DNA of 64,000 nucleotides. Source: Chloroflexota bacterium (lineage in GTDB: Bacteria; Chloroflexota; UBA11872; VXNJ01). Location of the stretch: assembly GCA_965203015.1 (NCBI GenBank), contig CBDBBM010000005.1:93631-157630 (forward strand), read 5' to 3'. This document shows, piece after piece, positions 20,109-28,111 of this stretch; the stretch's first letter is position 1, and each line of letters begins with the position of its first letter. The notes beneath the pieces are model-generated. The model saw nothing but the letters and a program-made list of their open reading frames with translations. It made no database searches and was not told where the DNA came from. A program made the translations under genes and the position numbers.

Positions 20109-21140
20109 ATGGGGCTAATGCGCGCCGTTGCCGCCCGCGCCGGGCGGCTCGAGCTGGTTGAATTGCCTCGCCCAGAGCCCGGTGAAGGGCAGATCCTGGT
20201 CAGGATCCTGGCCTGCGGAATCTGCACCTCCGACGTTCACTTCCTAGCGCACGGGCCGGAATTTGTTCGGACTTCAGTCGAATCCGGCGGCCGCTTTGCG
20301 CTCGACCTTTCCCGGGACGTGATCATGGGTCACGAGTTCTGCGGGGAGGTCGTGGCCAGCGGCCCCGGCTGCGCCGGGGTTTTGCGGCCCGGGGCGCGGG
20401 TCACGTCGGTACCCCCGCACGGGGCTTTCAGTACCGATTACTCCGGGGCATATGCCGAGTTCATGCTCATGAATGAACGCCAGGCGCTCAGGGTCCCGGG
20501 CCACGTACCGGCCGAGCTTGCCGCCATGACCGAGCCCCTGGCGGTGGGCCGCCATGCCGTCGCTGCGGCCGGATTCGAAGGGGGCGAACCGGCCATCGTC
20601 TACGGCTGTGGTCCGATCGGCCTGGCCGTAATCGCCCACCTGCGGGCCGCCGGCGCCGGCCTGATCATTGCCAGCGACTTCGCCGCCTCGCGGCGCGGTC
20701 TGGCCCTGACGATGGGGGCAGACATGGTTCTCGACCCGCGGGAGCATCAGCCGGTTGAGGCGCTCTATGTCTCGGGCGGCTACGGGCCCGGTCAGGATTT
20801 GATGATGTTTGATGCGATCGGCGCCCCGGGCTCGATGGCCCTGCTGATGCGTGAGGCTCCGCTGCGCGGGGCCCGGATCGTTGTGGTCGGAGCTTGCCTG
20901 CAGAAGGACCTGATCGCCCCGATGGCCGGGATAGAAAAGGAGCTCGAGATTAAATTCGTCCTCGCCTACACGGCGGCTGAGTTTCGGGCGACCCTGGAAA
21001 GCATCTGCCGCGGCGAAATCGACCCCACGCCGCTTATCAGCGGGCGGATCGGACTCGATGAAATCGCGGCGGCTTTCAAGGCGCTGGAAGACCCCGAGCG
21101 ACATTGCAAGATCGTGGTATTGCCTGAACGCTCTGATTAA
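20109..21140 (+). CDS. Zinc-dependent alcohol dehydrogenase (MDR family)
   Basis: GHEFCGEV catalytic Zn motif, GCGPIGLAV Rossmann motif. Confidence 0.85.
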   Translation: MGLMRAVAARAGRLELVELPRPEPGEGQILVRILACGICTSDVHFLAHGPEFVRTSVESGGRFALDLSRDVIMGHEFCGEVVASGPGCAGVLRPGARVTSVPPHGAFSTDYSGAYAEFMLMNERQALRVPGHVPAELAAMTEPLAVGRHAVAAAGFEGGEPAIVYGCGPIGLAVIAHLRAAGAGLIIASDFAASRRGLALTMGADMVLDPREHQPVEALYVSGGYGPGQDLMMFDAIGAPGSMALLMREAPLRGARIVVVGACLQKDLIAPMAGIEKELEIKFVLAYTAAEFRATLESICRGEIDPTPLISGRIGLDEIAAAFKALEDPERHCKIVVLPERSD

Positions 21141-21157
21141 TTCGACCGGCTCTTGCC

Positions 21158-21174
21158 AATCGGTTGACCCGATT
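21158..21174. terminator. Short hairpin AATCGG-ttgac-CCGATT between convergent adh and TIR genes
   Basis: 6 bp stem seen in sequence. Overlaps the TIR gene stop codon. Weak. Confidence 0.2.
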
Positions 21175-21950
21175 CAATCGGTCACAGGACTCTGAATCAA
21201 TTGTGCGATTTCATCGGCGATTTCTGCGACAGTGTGCACGGATGTGCTGCGGGCAACTTTGTCCGCAAGCGAAGGGCTGAAATCAATCACCTTTTGCTTG
21301 GTAACGTCGTGCCAGATAGGAAGCACAACTTGCCCGCCAGCGTTCGATTGGGTGATGATTCCGTCCAATTCGTAGTTCGTCCAGCCTTTTTGCATAAATG
21401 CGGGTGAGAGCACAACTACCGCAAATCGCGATCGCGAGATTCCTCTGTCGATCAATCGGCGCAAGCTGTCACCTATCTTCAGTTCCAAATCGTCGTACCA
21501 AACGTCCAGCCCGTTTGCGATCAGTGCTTCGACCAATGGCTCGGCAACTTCCGACGCGTCCTCTTTCGCATGCGCGATGAACACGTCTTTCGGATCAGAT
21601 CCCCCTTCGCTGCGGATGCGATGCGCATCGCGTATCAAGGTCGGCACCGACGAAAGCGGGGCTTCCCGGATTGGCGGCAATGGGCTGGGGATAATGCGCA
21701 GCGACGACTTGACGCTGCCGCGCAATCCTTGCATGTCGATTGCAATATGCCAGTGCCCTGAATGAGGAATTGCAAGCCTTACCGGCGACTGTGTGGCACG
21801 ACCCCCGAAATACCGGTGCTTTCGGCCGTTTCGGTAGCTGGAGAAATTCGAACCGTCCAGAAGCCTGACGTTTGCGGCGTGGCCCGACAGGACTACTTCC
21901 GCAATCTCGCCTCGCTCCCGGTAGCCCAGATCGTAATGCGTAAATTTCAC
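21174..21950 (-). CDS. DUF1883-like N-terminal domain fused to a TIR domain (predicted NADase effector)
   Basis: C-terminal TIR: DVFIAHAKEDASEVAEPLVEAL...GLDVWYDDLELKIGDSLRRLIDRGISRSRFAVVVLSPAFMQKGWTNYELDGI, with the conserved catalytic Glu in W-x-x-x-E-L. N-terminal MKFTHYDLGYRERGEIAEVVLSGHAANVRLLDGSNFSSYRNGRKHRYFGGRATQSPVRLAIPHSGHWHIAID resembles DUF1883 (from memory). Low-GC gene. ATGA overlap with the upstream gene. Confidence 0.8.
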   Translation of the reverse strand: MKFTHYDLGYRERGEIAEVVLSGHAANVRLLDGSNFSSYRNGRKHRYFGGRATQSPVRLAIPHSGHWHIAIDMQGLRGSVKSSLRIIPSPLPPIREAPLSSVPTLIRDAHRIRSEGGSDPKDVFIAHAKEDASEVAEPLVEALIANGLDVWYDDLELKIGDSLRRLIDRGISRSRFAVVVLSPAFMQKGWTNYELDGIITQSNAGGQVVLPIWHDVTKQKVIDFSPSLADKVARSTSVHTVAEIADEIAQLIQSPVTD

Positions 21951-23155
21951 GCTGACGCACCCAAAGCATCAACGTCGGCCAGATCTTTAATGGTGCCGAC
22001 CCAATCTCCGGCGTACGCTGGATCACTGATCGCGAATGAATGCTCGATCTGCAGGGTTTCACAACTACTCGACCAAGAGTAGAAGTGGTTTAAGCCGGGA
22101 TGGTAGTGGCTGGAAATCAGTTGTTCCCATTCGAGTCGGGACACCACCATAAATGGCGGCGTATCGATCGAAAGTGCGAATTCCCAAATGTCATCGCTCT
22201 TAAATCGCCCTTGGGCGCAGAACGAGCGCCATCTTTCTTCGGGGATGATATTTGCCCACGCGAAGGAATCTGCTTCTTGTTCGACTGCAGGTGGTTCGAA
22301 ATCGATATCGAAACCGTCCAAATGGACCTTGCGATCCCCCTGATGGCGCAGCAGATGTCCGGCCAAATGGTAGAACGACAGCCAAAACGAGTCCGCAGTT
22401 TGCTCATCGGCGCCCAATTGAATCAACGCGCGTTGTTTGTTCAACCAGCGAGCTGCTCCCTTGATGGGTGCGTTGGGGAACGATTCAATCCATCGAAAAA
22501 CGACGCCCGAGTTCGCGCAAACTTGCTCCAGCATCGGCAATAACGCCGCGGGCGGATACTCCATCATCAGGCGGATTTCACCCATTGCTTGCTCGAACAC
22601 TTTGGCGTTGAAATCTGCAACTTCCGCGATTTCCGCTTCCAATTCGCCTTTTCGCAGCCAAGCGTAAAGAGATCCGATCGTGTCCGCTGCTAGCTCGCTT
22701 GAGGGCAATTTGACACCCGCGGATTCGATGCACCGGGTTGGATCGGCATCGAAAGCTCCGAGGAAATCCAGTAGGGACGCCGCCAACGCTTCGGTATCGA
22801 GCGTCGAGTCCAGCCAGCCGCGGTGCGTCATGGCGTCGGTCGGATATGCGCTCAGCCATGCTTCATTGTTTCGCGAGTTCTGTCGTTCGCGTTGTCGCGC
22901 TAGGACCAGTTGATACGTGTTCTCTAGATTGAGCCAGTACTGAGGATCGTGCCCCAGCACTGTTCCCAATTGAATAGCGGTGTCCGGCGTAATGGCTTTT
23001 TTGGCGTTGGCAATTTCACTGATTACCTGATACGGCCGCCCCATTCTTCCGGCTAATTCTTTTTGGGACATCCCTCTCGCTGCCAATTCCTCAACAAGGA
23101 ATTCACCGGGAGGAATTGGCAAGTCTGAGTGGACGCGGGACGATTTATTGGTCAT
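21947..23155 (-). CDS. HigA-family XRE HTH antitoxin-like domain fused to COG2856/ImmA-IrrE-like domain with degenerate HEXXH (HLAGH)
   Basis: N-terminal IPPGEFLVEELAARGMSQKELAGRMGRPYQVISEIANAKKAITPDTAIQLGTVLGHDPQYWLNLENTY is HigA/VapI-like. The C-terminal region FWLSFYHLAGHLLRH...EQEADSFAWANIIPEE matches the spacing of RFTLAHELGHLLLH...E..AN.FA of ImmA/IrrE, but the Glu of HEXXH is replaced by Leu. Confidence 0.7.
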   Translation of the reverse strand: MTNKSSRVHSDLPIPPGEFLVEELAARGMSQKELAGRMGRPYQVISEIANAKKAITPDTAIQLGTVLGHDPQYWLNLENTYQLVLARQRERQNSRNNEAWLSAYPTDAMTHRGWLDSTLDTEALAASLLDFLGAFDADPTRCIESAGVKLPSSELAADTIGSLYAWLRKGELEAEIAEVADFNAKVFEQAMGEIRLMMEYPPAALLPMLEQVCANSGVVFRWIESFPNAPIKGAARWLNKQRALIQLGADEQTADSFWLSFYHLAGHLLRHQGDRKVHLDGFDIDFEPPAVEQEADSFAWANIIPEERWRSFCAQGRFKSDDIWEFALSIDTPPFMVVSRLEWEQLISSHYHPGLNHFYSWSSSCETLQIEHSFAISDPAYAGDWVGTIKDLADVDALGASA

Positions 23156-23444
23156 AGTGATTGGTAACTTCTTTCACGACAACTACCCGCTGGTCCGCGG
23201 TTGGGACCAGAATCAGCCTCCACGTAGAGTCAATGTCAGCGGCGTATTCCCCTGATCGAGACCCCTTCAACGGATGCAGGCGCAACGCACGAATCCTGTG
23301 CAAGTCATCGAATGTCTGCACGGCATAAATCTGTTCAATTCGCATCACATACTTGCGTCCGACTACCGGCCCCCACTTTCGAATTGCTTTCTCAGAATCC
23401 TCGTAATTTCTTTGCAGCTGTCTATTGGCAAAAACTATTTCCAT
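23145..23444 (-). CDS. higB: HigB-like toxin (RelE/ParE superfamily mRNA interferase)
   Basis: 99 aa. LHPLKGSRSGEYAADIDSTWRLIL...HYDQ matches HigB family (LHPLKGDR.G.WS.R.N..WR..F...Y.DYH). Sits upstream of and overlapping the HigA-like gene. Confidence 0.75.
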   Translation of the reverse strand: MEIVFANRQLQRNYEDSEKAIRKWGPVVGRKYVMRIEQIYAVQTFDDLHRIRALRLHPLKGSRSGEYAADIDSTWRLILVPTADQRVVVVKEVTNHYDQ

Positions 23445-23445
23445 G

Positions 23446-23464
23446 ATTCACCCTATAGGTGAAT
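23446..23464. promoter_or_regulatory. Perfect palindrome ATTCACC-ctata-GGTGAAT abutting the higB start codon (candidate operator)
   Basis: Seen in sequence. 7 bp arms, 5 bp spacer, one nucleotide from the ATG at 23444. Confidence 0.45.
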
Positions 23465-23728
23465 GCTAGCAAATACAGGATTCTGCGGACGCTTTTCGGA
23501 TCGCACCGGAAGCTCGCCGGTGATGGGTCAGATTGTTCCGAATGCACCGTGGTAACCCCAGCAAATATGGCTCCAAATTACTTGTGGGCGGCACAGGGGT
23601 TGGACATCGGCAAACTCCACGTTGCGATTTCATATGCCTGGACCGGGGAAATCGAAGACGGCTGCAATCGTTACGATCAAGCATTGGGCATAATCGCCGC
23701 GGAATCGGCACGCTAAACGGACCCCTGC

Positions 23729-24493
23729 TTGCGCCCGCAAACCTACGCCCAGTTGATGCCCCGTTATGAGCAGTTGGGCAAGCTTCCCGGGGTCAGCATC
23801 GAACGGTTCCGGATACCGGACCGGTCGCACCAGTTGCTGGGGATCAGCGTGGGTCCGGACAAAGGGGCCGAGATCTCGGTGGGTCTGAGCGCCGGAGCGC
23901 ACGGCGACGAACCGGCGCCGGTCCAGGCCACGCTCCAGTTCCTGGAGGAAGAGCGCTGGCGGAACTGGGCGAACGTGAGGATGCGGATCCTGCCGTGCCT
24001 GAATCCGACCGGGTTCGACCTGCGAACCAGGGAAAACGACAAGGGCCAGGACGTTAACCGGACATTCAAGTGGGGCAACAGCCCGGAGTCGCTGGCGGCG
24101 ATGGTGCTGATCGGGCTGGACAGGGTCGATCTGTGGATCGACGCCCACGAGGACCCGGTCGAAGACGGTTTCTACTGCTTCTCGCGCCTGCCTTCGGATT
24201 GGGGCCCGCCGCTGGTCGCCGCGGTCGCCGCCGAGGGGCCGATCTACCCGCGCCCGGAAGTGGATGAAATGACGGTCAAGGACGGGATCGTGCAGTTCGA
24301 CGCCGACCGCCGGAGCGAGCGGCGGAGGCGGATGCGCGAAAGCGGTTCCTGGGGTCTCTCGGCGCACATCGATGCCCAGATTTCCGATAAGTCGGTCACC
24401 CTGGAGACACCGGGCGTGATCGAGCTCGAAACAAGGATCCGGATGCAGCTGGCCGCCTATTCGGCCCTGCTCGACTTGGTGACCGCGCGCTAG
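23729..24493 (+). CDS. M14-family zinc carboxypeptidase / succinylglutamate desuccinylase-aspartoacylase (AstE/AspA)-like protein, copy 1
   Basis: GAHGDEP zinc motif, HxxE. Paralogous to 25868..26698. Confidence 0.6.
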   Translation: MRPQTYAQLMPRYEQLGKLPGVSIERFRIPDRSHQLLGISVGPDKGAEISVGLSAGAHGDEPAPVQATLQFLEEERWRNWANVRMRILPCLNPTGFDLRTRENDKGQDVNRTFKWGNSPESLAAMVLIGLDRVDLWIDAHEDPVEDGFYCFSRLPSDWGPPLVAAVAAEGPIYPRPEVDEMTVKDGIVQFDADRRSERRRRMRESGSWGLSAHIDAQISDKSVTLETPGVIELETRIRMQLAAYSALLDLVTAR

Positions 24494-24678
24494 CATTCCG
24501 CCCGGCGACGAGCGTTGCGGCACCGGTCCGCGCAATCCCTTCCCGGTCGTGCGTCGCAGTTATCGGCCGGACCTCCGGGTGGGCAATCCGACGGCTTACG
24601 GAGCGTTGACTTGGGCTCCCGGTCGCCCTCTAACGTAAAAATCTGATTCGCCATTCGCAATTCCAAGGCGCCGACCGG

Positions 24679-25785
24679 ATGCAGATCACCGACATCACCA
24701 CCACCCACCTCTTCTATCCGCATGCCCGGCCGATCCAGGATGCCACGATCCCCGACCCGCCGCCCTGGGCCGGCGGCCGCGGCAACGTATTCGTGCACAT
24801 CCACACCGACGAGGGAGTGGAAGGACTCGGCGTCGGCCTCGCCTACCCGGGCGTGCGACAGATCATCGACGCCCAGTTCCGAAAGCTCCTGGTCGGCAAA
24901 GACCCCTTCAACATCGAGCAGATCTGGGACGACATGTTCTGGCACATCCGCGGCTGGGGTCGCAAGGGCATCGCGATCGCCGCCATCTCGGCGGTCGACA
25001 TCGGGCTCTGGGACCTGAAAGCCAAGGCCCTCGGGCTGCCGGTCTACAAACTGCTGGGGCCCTACCAAGAGTCGGTCCCCATCTACGGGAGCGGCGGTTG
25101 GACCAACTTCAACGAGCAGGAGCTGGTAGCCGAGATGGTCGATTATGTCGAGCAGGGTATTCCCCGCGTGAAGATGAAGGTCGGCAAGGATTTCGGTCAG
25201 TCCGAACGCGAGGACGTTGCCCGCCTGAAAGCGGTCCGCGACGCGGTCGGCGACGACGTCGAGATTTACATCGACGCCAACAACGGTTACAACGCCAAGC
25301 AGGCCATCTACATGGCCCGCGAATTTGAAGAATTCAATGTCGGATGGTACGAGGAGCCCCTGATCCCGGACGATATCCGCGGCCTGGCCAGGGTTCGCGA
25401 CGCCGTCAACATCCCGGTGGCCACCGGCGAGCACGAGTACACCAAATTCGGATTCGCCGAGCTGATCGCCGGCGGCGGAGCCGACATCTGCCAGCCCGAC
25501 GTGGGGCGCTGCGGGGGAATCACCGAGTGGCTCAAGATTTCCCATCTGGCCCACGGCGCAAACCTTCCGGTGGCCCCGCACTCGGTCCAGATCGTCCACC
25601 TGCACGTAACGTGTGCGGCGCCGAACCTCAAGGTCGTCGAATACATGAACACCAACCTGGAGACCGACCGGATCTGGTTCAAGGAGTACCCGCAACAAGT
25701 GGACGGCGTCTGGGCCCCGTTCCCCGACAAACCCGGGCTCGGGCTCGAGCTGGTGCCCGAGGCGGTCGAGAAGTGGGCGATTTGA
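24679..25785 (+). CDS. Enolase-superfamily enzyme (mandelate racemase / muconate lactonizing enzyme family; possible dipeptide epimerase or N-acyl amino acid racemase)
   Basis: KMKVGKD, IDANNGY, EEP and GEHE metal- and catalytic-residue motifs in MR/MLE spacing. Confidence 0.8.
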   Translation: MQITDITTTHLFYPHARPIQDATIPDPPPWAGGRGNVFVHIHTDEGVEGLGVGLAYPGVRQIIDAQFRKLLVGKDPFNIEQIWDDMFWHIRGWGRKGIAIAAISAVDIGLWDLKAKALGLPVYKLLGPYQESVPIYGSGGWTNFNEQELVAEMVDYVEQGIPRVKMKVGKDFGQSEREDVARLKAVRDAVGDDVEIYIDANNGYNAKQAIYMAREFEEFNVGWYEEPLIPDDIRGLARVRDAVNIPVATGEHEYTKFGFAELIAGGGADICQPDVGRCGGITEWLKISHLAHGANLPVAPHSVQIVHLHVTCAAPNLKVVEYMNTNLETDRIWFKEYPQQVDGVWAPFPDKPGLGLELVPEAVEKWAI

Positions 25786-25867
25786 GCTGGCTGGCCGAGG
25801 GAATGGGCCGCGCCTGGCGGCATTGGATTTCGATAATCGACGCGCCGCGCCAAAAGCAAAGAGATTA

Positions 25868-26698
25868 ATGCCCAGAGCAAGCAATTACCAGGAGTTGTTC
25901 AGGCGCTACCTTGCCCTGCAGGGCGCACCCGGCGTTCGGCTGATCCGACACAACCTGCTCGAACGCGGTCTCGACCTGGTTCGCCTGGAGCTCTGCGCGT
26001 CGCCCGATCCGCAATTTACGGTCGCCATGTTCTCGGGTACGCACGGCGACGAGCCCGCCCCGGTGCACGCGGTGCTGCAGTTCCTCGAGGAAGAGCGCTG
26101 GCGGGCCTGGCCGCAAATCCGGTTCAAGGTCATGCCGTGCATCAACCCGACCGGTTTTGACCTGGGGATCCGCGAAAACGTCGACGGCCAGGACGTGAAC
26201 CGGACGTTCAAGCTGGGCGAGAGTCCCGAGTCGAGGGTCGGAACCGAGATGATCGGCACCGAGCCGTTCGACATGTGGATTGACGCCCACGAGGACCCGG
26301 TCGAGGACGGTTTCTACTGTTTCTCGCAGCTCCCCAACCCCTGGTCGGACGCGCTGGTGGCCGAGGTCGGTCGGCACGGCCCGATCTTCGCCAAGCCGGA
26401 AGTTGATGAAATGCCGGTTTCAGCCGGGGTCGTGCACCGCAGCGAGGGCGAGGAAGACGGGGCGCTCAACGAGGAAATCGAGGAATGGGTGCGCGAACGG
26501 ACCAACTGGCCGCTGCCGTTCTACGTGATGGTGAACCTGGCGCGGCTGGGGGTGACCCTGGAGACGCCCGGGGTGATCGATCTGGAAGCGCGGGTCCGTA
26601 TGCAGCTGGCCGGTTACGACATTCTGTTGGACCTCCTCTGCGGGCGTCGCGATCCGGTCGCCACCGTTGCGGCGGCAAGGGAAGCGAGCCGGGCCTAA
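25868..26698 (+). CDS. M14-family zinc carboxypeptidase / AstE-AspA-like protein, copy 2
   Basis: GTHGDEPAP, INPTGFDL, WIDAHEDPVEDGFYCF all shared with copy 1. Start taken at MPRASNYQ (ATG at 25868) by alignment with copy 1. Confidence 0.6.
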   Translation: MPRASNYQELFRRYLALQGAPGVRLIRHNLLERGLDLVRLELCASPDPQFTVAMFSGTHGDEPAPVHAVLQFLEEERWRAWPQIRFKVMPCINPTGFDLGIRENVDGQDVNRTFKLGESPESRVGTEMIGTEPFDMWIDAHEDPVEDGFYCFSQLPNPWSDALVAEVGRHGPIFAKPEVDEMPVSAGVVHRSEGEEDGALNEEIEEWVRERTNWPLPFYVMVNLARLGVTLETPGVIDLEARVRMQLAGYDILLDLLCGRRDPVATVAAAREASRA

Positions 26699-26753
26699 CA
26701 ATCCCGCGACGCCGGCCTCGCGTGGCGCACCGTCGCGCCGGGGCCTGACTTAA

Positions 26754-27971
26754 CTAGCCAGACTGGAAATCGGCAGCCTCCTCCGAACCGCCCGTGGTGT
26801 TCCCTTCGCTGTACGAGTGGGCCCCGGTACCGGCCAGGGCACCGCCCTGCACGATCAGGTATTCGTCGCGGATCGGCCGGCCGGCGAACCAGCACTCCAG
26901 GATCTCGCGCACGCCGGCGGCGTAGCGGGCCTGGGCCGAAAGGGACGTGCCGGAGGTATGCGGGGTCAGGGCGTGGTTCGGCATCGCCCGCCAGGGGTGA
27001 TCGTTCGGGGGCGGCTGCGGGAACCAGACGTCGCCCGCGTAGCCCGCCAGCTGGCCGCTGTCCAGCGCGCGAACGACCGCATCGCGGTCGCAGATCTTCC
27101 CGCGCGCCGTGTTGACGATATAGGAGCCGCGCTTCATCTTGCCGATCAGTTCGTCGTCGAACATGTGCTCGGTCTCGGGATGCAGCGGGCAGTGGATGCT
27201 GACCACGTCGCACACCCTGACCAGCGATTCGACCGATTCGTGGAAGGTCAGGCCAAGCTCCTCCTCGACTTCCCGGGAGAGCCGGTGGCGGTCGTTGTAG
27301 TGGAGTTTGACGTCGAACGGCTTCATGCGGCGCAGCACGCCCAGGCCGATCCGCCCGGCCGCGACGACCCCGACATCCATTCCCTCAACGTCGTAAGAGC
27401 GCGAGACGGCGTCGGCGATGTTCCAGCCGCCCCGGACCACCCAGCCGTACTGGGGGATGTAGTCGCGCACCAGCGCCAGGATCTGCATCACGGCGTGTTC
27501 GGAGACGCTCACGCTGTTGCACCAGGTCACCTCGCAGACCGTGATACCGCGGTCGATGGCGGCCTGCAGGTCGACGTGGTCCGAGCCGATGCCGGCGGTG
27601 ACCGCGAGTTTCAGTCGCCCGGCCTTGGCAATCCGTTCGGCCGTCAGATAACCGGGCCAGAACGGTTGCGAGATCACCACGTCGGCGTCGACCAGCTCGC
27701 GTTCAAAAGCCGAATCCGGACCGTCCTTGTCCGCGGTGACCACGAATTCGTGGCCGGCTTCGGCCAGGAACTGGCCAAGCCCCAGACCGCCGGATACCGA
27801 CCCCAGCAGCTCGCCGGGCCTGAAACTCAGGCCGGCCGGCGTCGGCAGGGATTGCCCGTCCGGGTACCTGGAGAGTTGCGGGATTTGGTCGCGGGCATAG
27901 GCAGGCGGGTACCCGGCGACCGGGTCATCGTAGAGGACGCAGAGAACTTTCTGCGGCGAACCTTGGGTCAT
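26754..27971 (-). CDS. fdh: NAD-dependent formate dehydrogenase
   Basis: KVLCVLYDDPVAGYP...GSDHVDL...GRIG...GDVWFPQP...IVQGGALAGTGAHSYS is near-identical in motif content to characterised bacterial NAD-FDH (from memory of Pseudomonas sp. 101 FDH). Confidence 0.9.
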   Translation of the reverse strand: MTQGSPQKVLCVLYDDPVAGYPPAYARDQIPQLSRYPDGQSLPTPAGLSFRPGELLGSVSGGLGLGQFLAEAGHEFVVTADKDGPDSAFERELVDADVVISQPFWPGYLTAERIAKAGRLKLAVTAGIGSDHVDLQAAIDRGITVCEVTWCNSVSVSEHAVMQILALVRDYIPQYGWVVRGGWNIADAVSRSYDVEGMDVGVVAAGRIGLGVLRRMKPFDVKLHYNDRHRLSREVEEELGLTFHESVESLVRVCDVVSIHCPLHPETEHMFDDELIGKMKRGSYIVNTARGKICDRDAVVRALDSGQLAGYAGDVWFPQPPPNDHPWRAMPNHALTPHTSGTSLSAQARYAAGVREILECWFAGRPIRDEYLIVQGGALAGTGAHSYSEGNTTGGSEEAADFQSG

Positions 27972-28111
27972 CTGCTCAACCTGACGTCTCATCAATAAAT
28001 CGGAATGTGGCAATCGCGTACCGATTTTGCCCCGCGGCCCGCGTGAAGCCGTTTATGTGCCCGCCCGCCACCGGCGCCGGGAGCCATTGGGGACAGCAGG
28101 AGATCTGCCGC

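Noticed and set aside
19060-20118. 352 aa plus-strand ORF
   Set aside because: Antisense to the MBL-fold hydrolase gene, whose HHHFDHD motif is on the other strand.
21150-23730. Integrase, transposase or tRNA attachment site flanking the low-GC TIR cassette
   Set aside because: Searched both flanks by eye. The adjacent genes are a housekeeping ADH and an M14 peptidase. No recombinase ORF or direct repeats were found, so the mobility mechanism is not visible.
24490-25884. 464 aa minus-strand ORF
   Set aside because: Entirely antisense to the clearly conserved enolase-superfamily gene (24679..25785). Arg/Gly-rich translation typical of GC-rich antisense frames.
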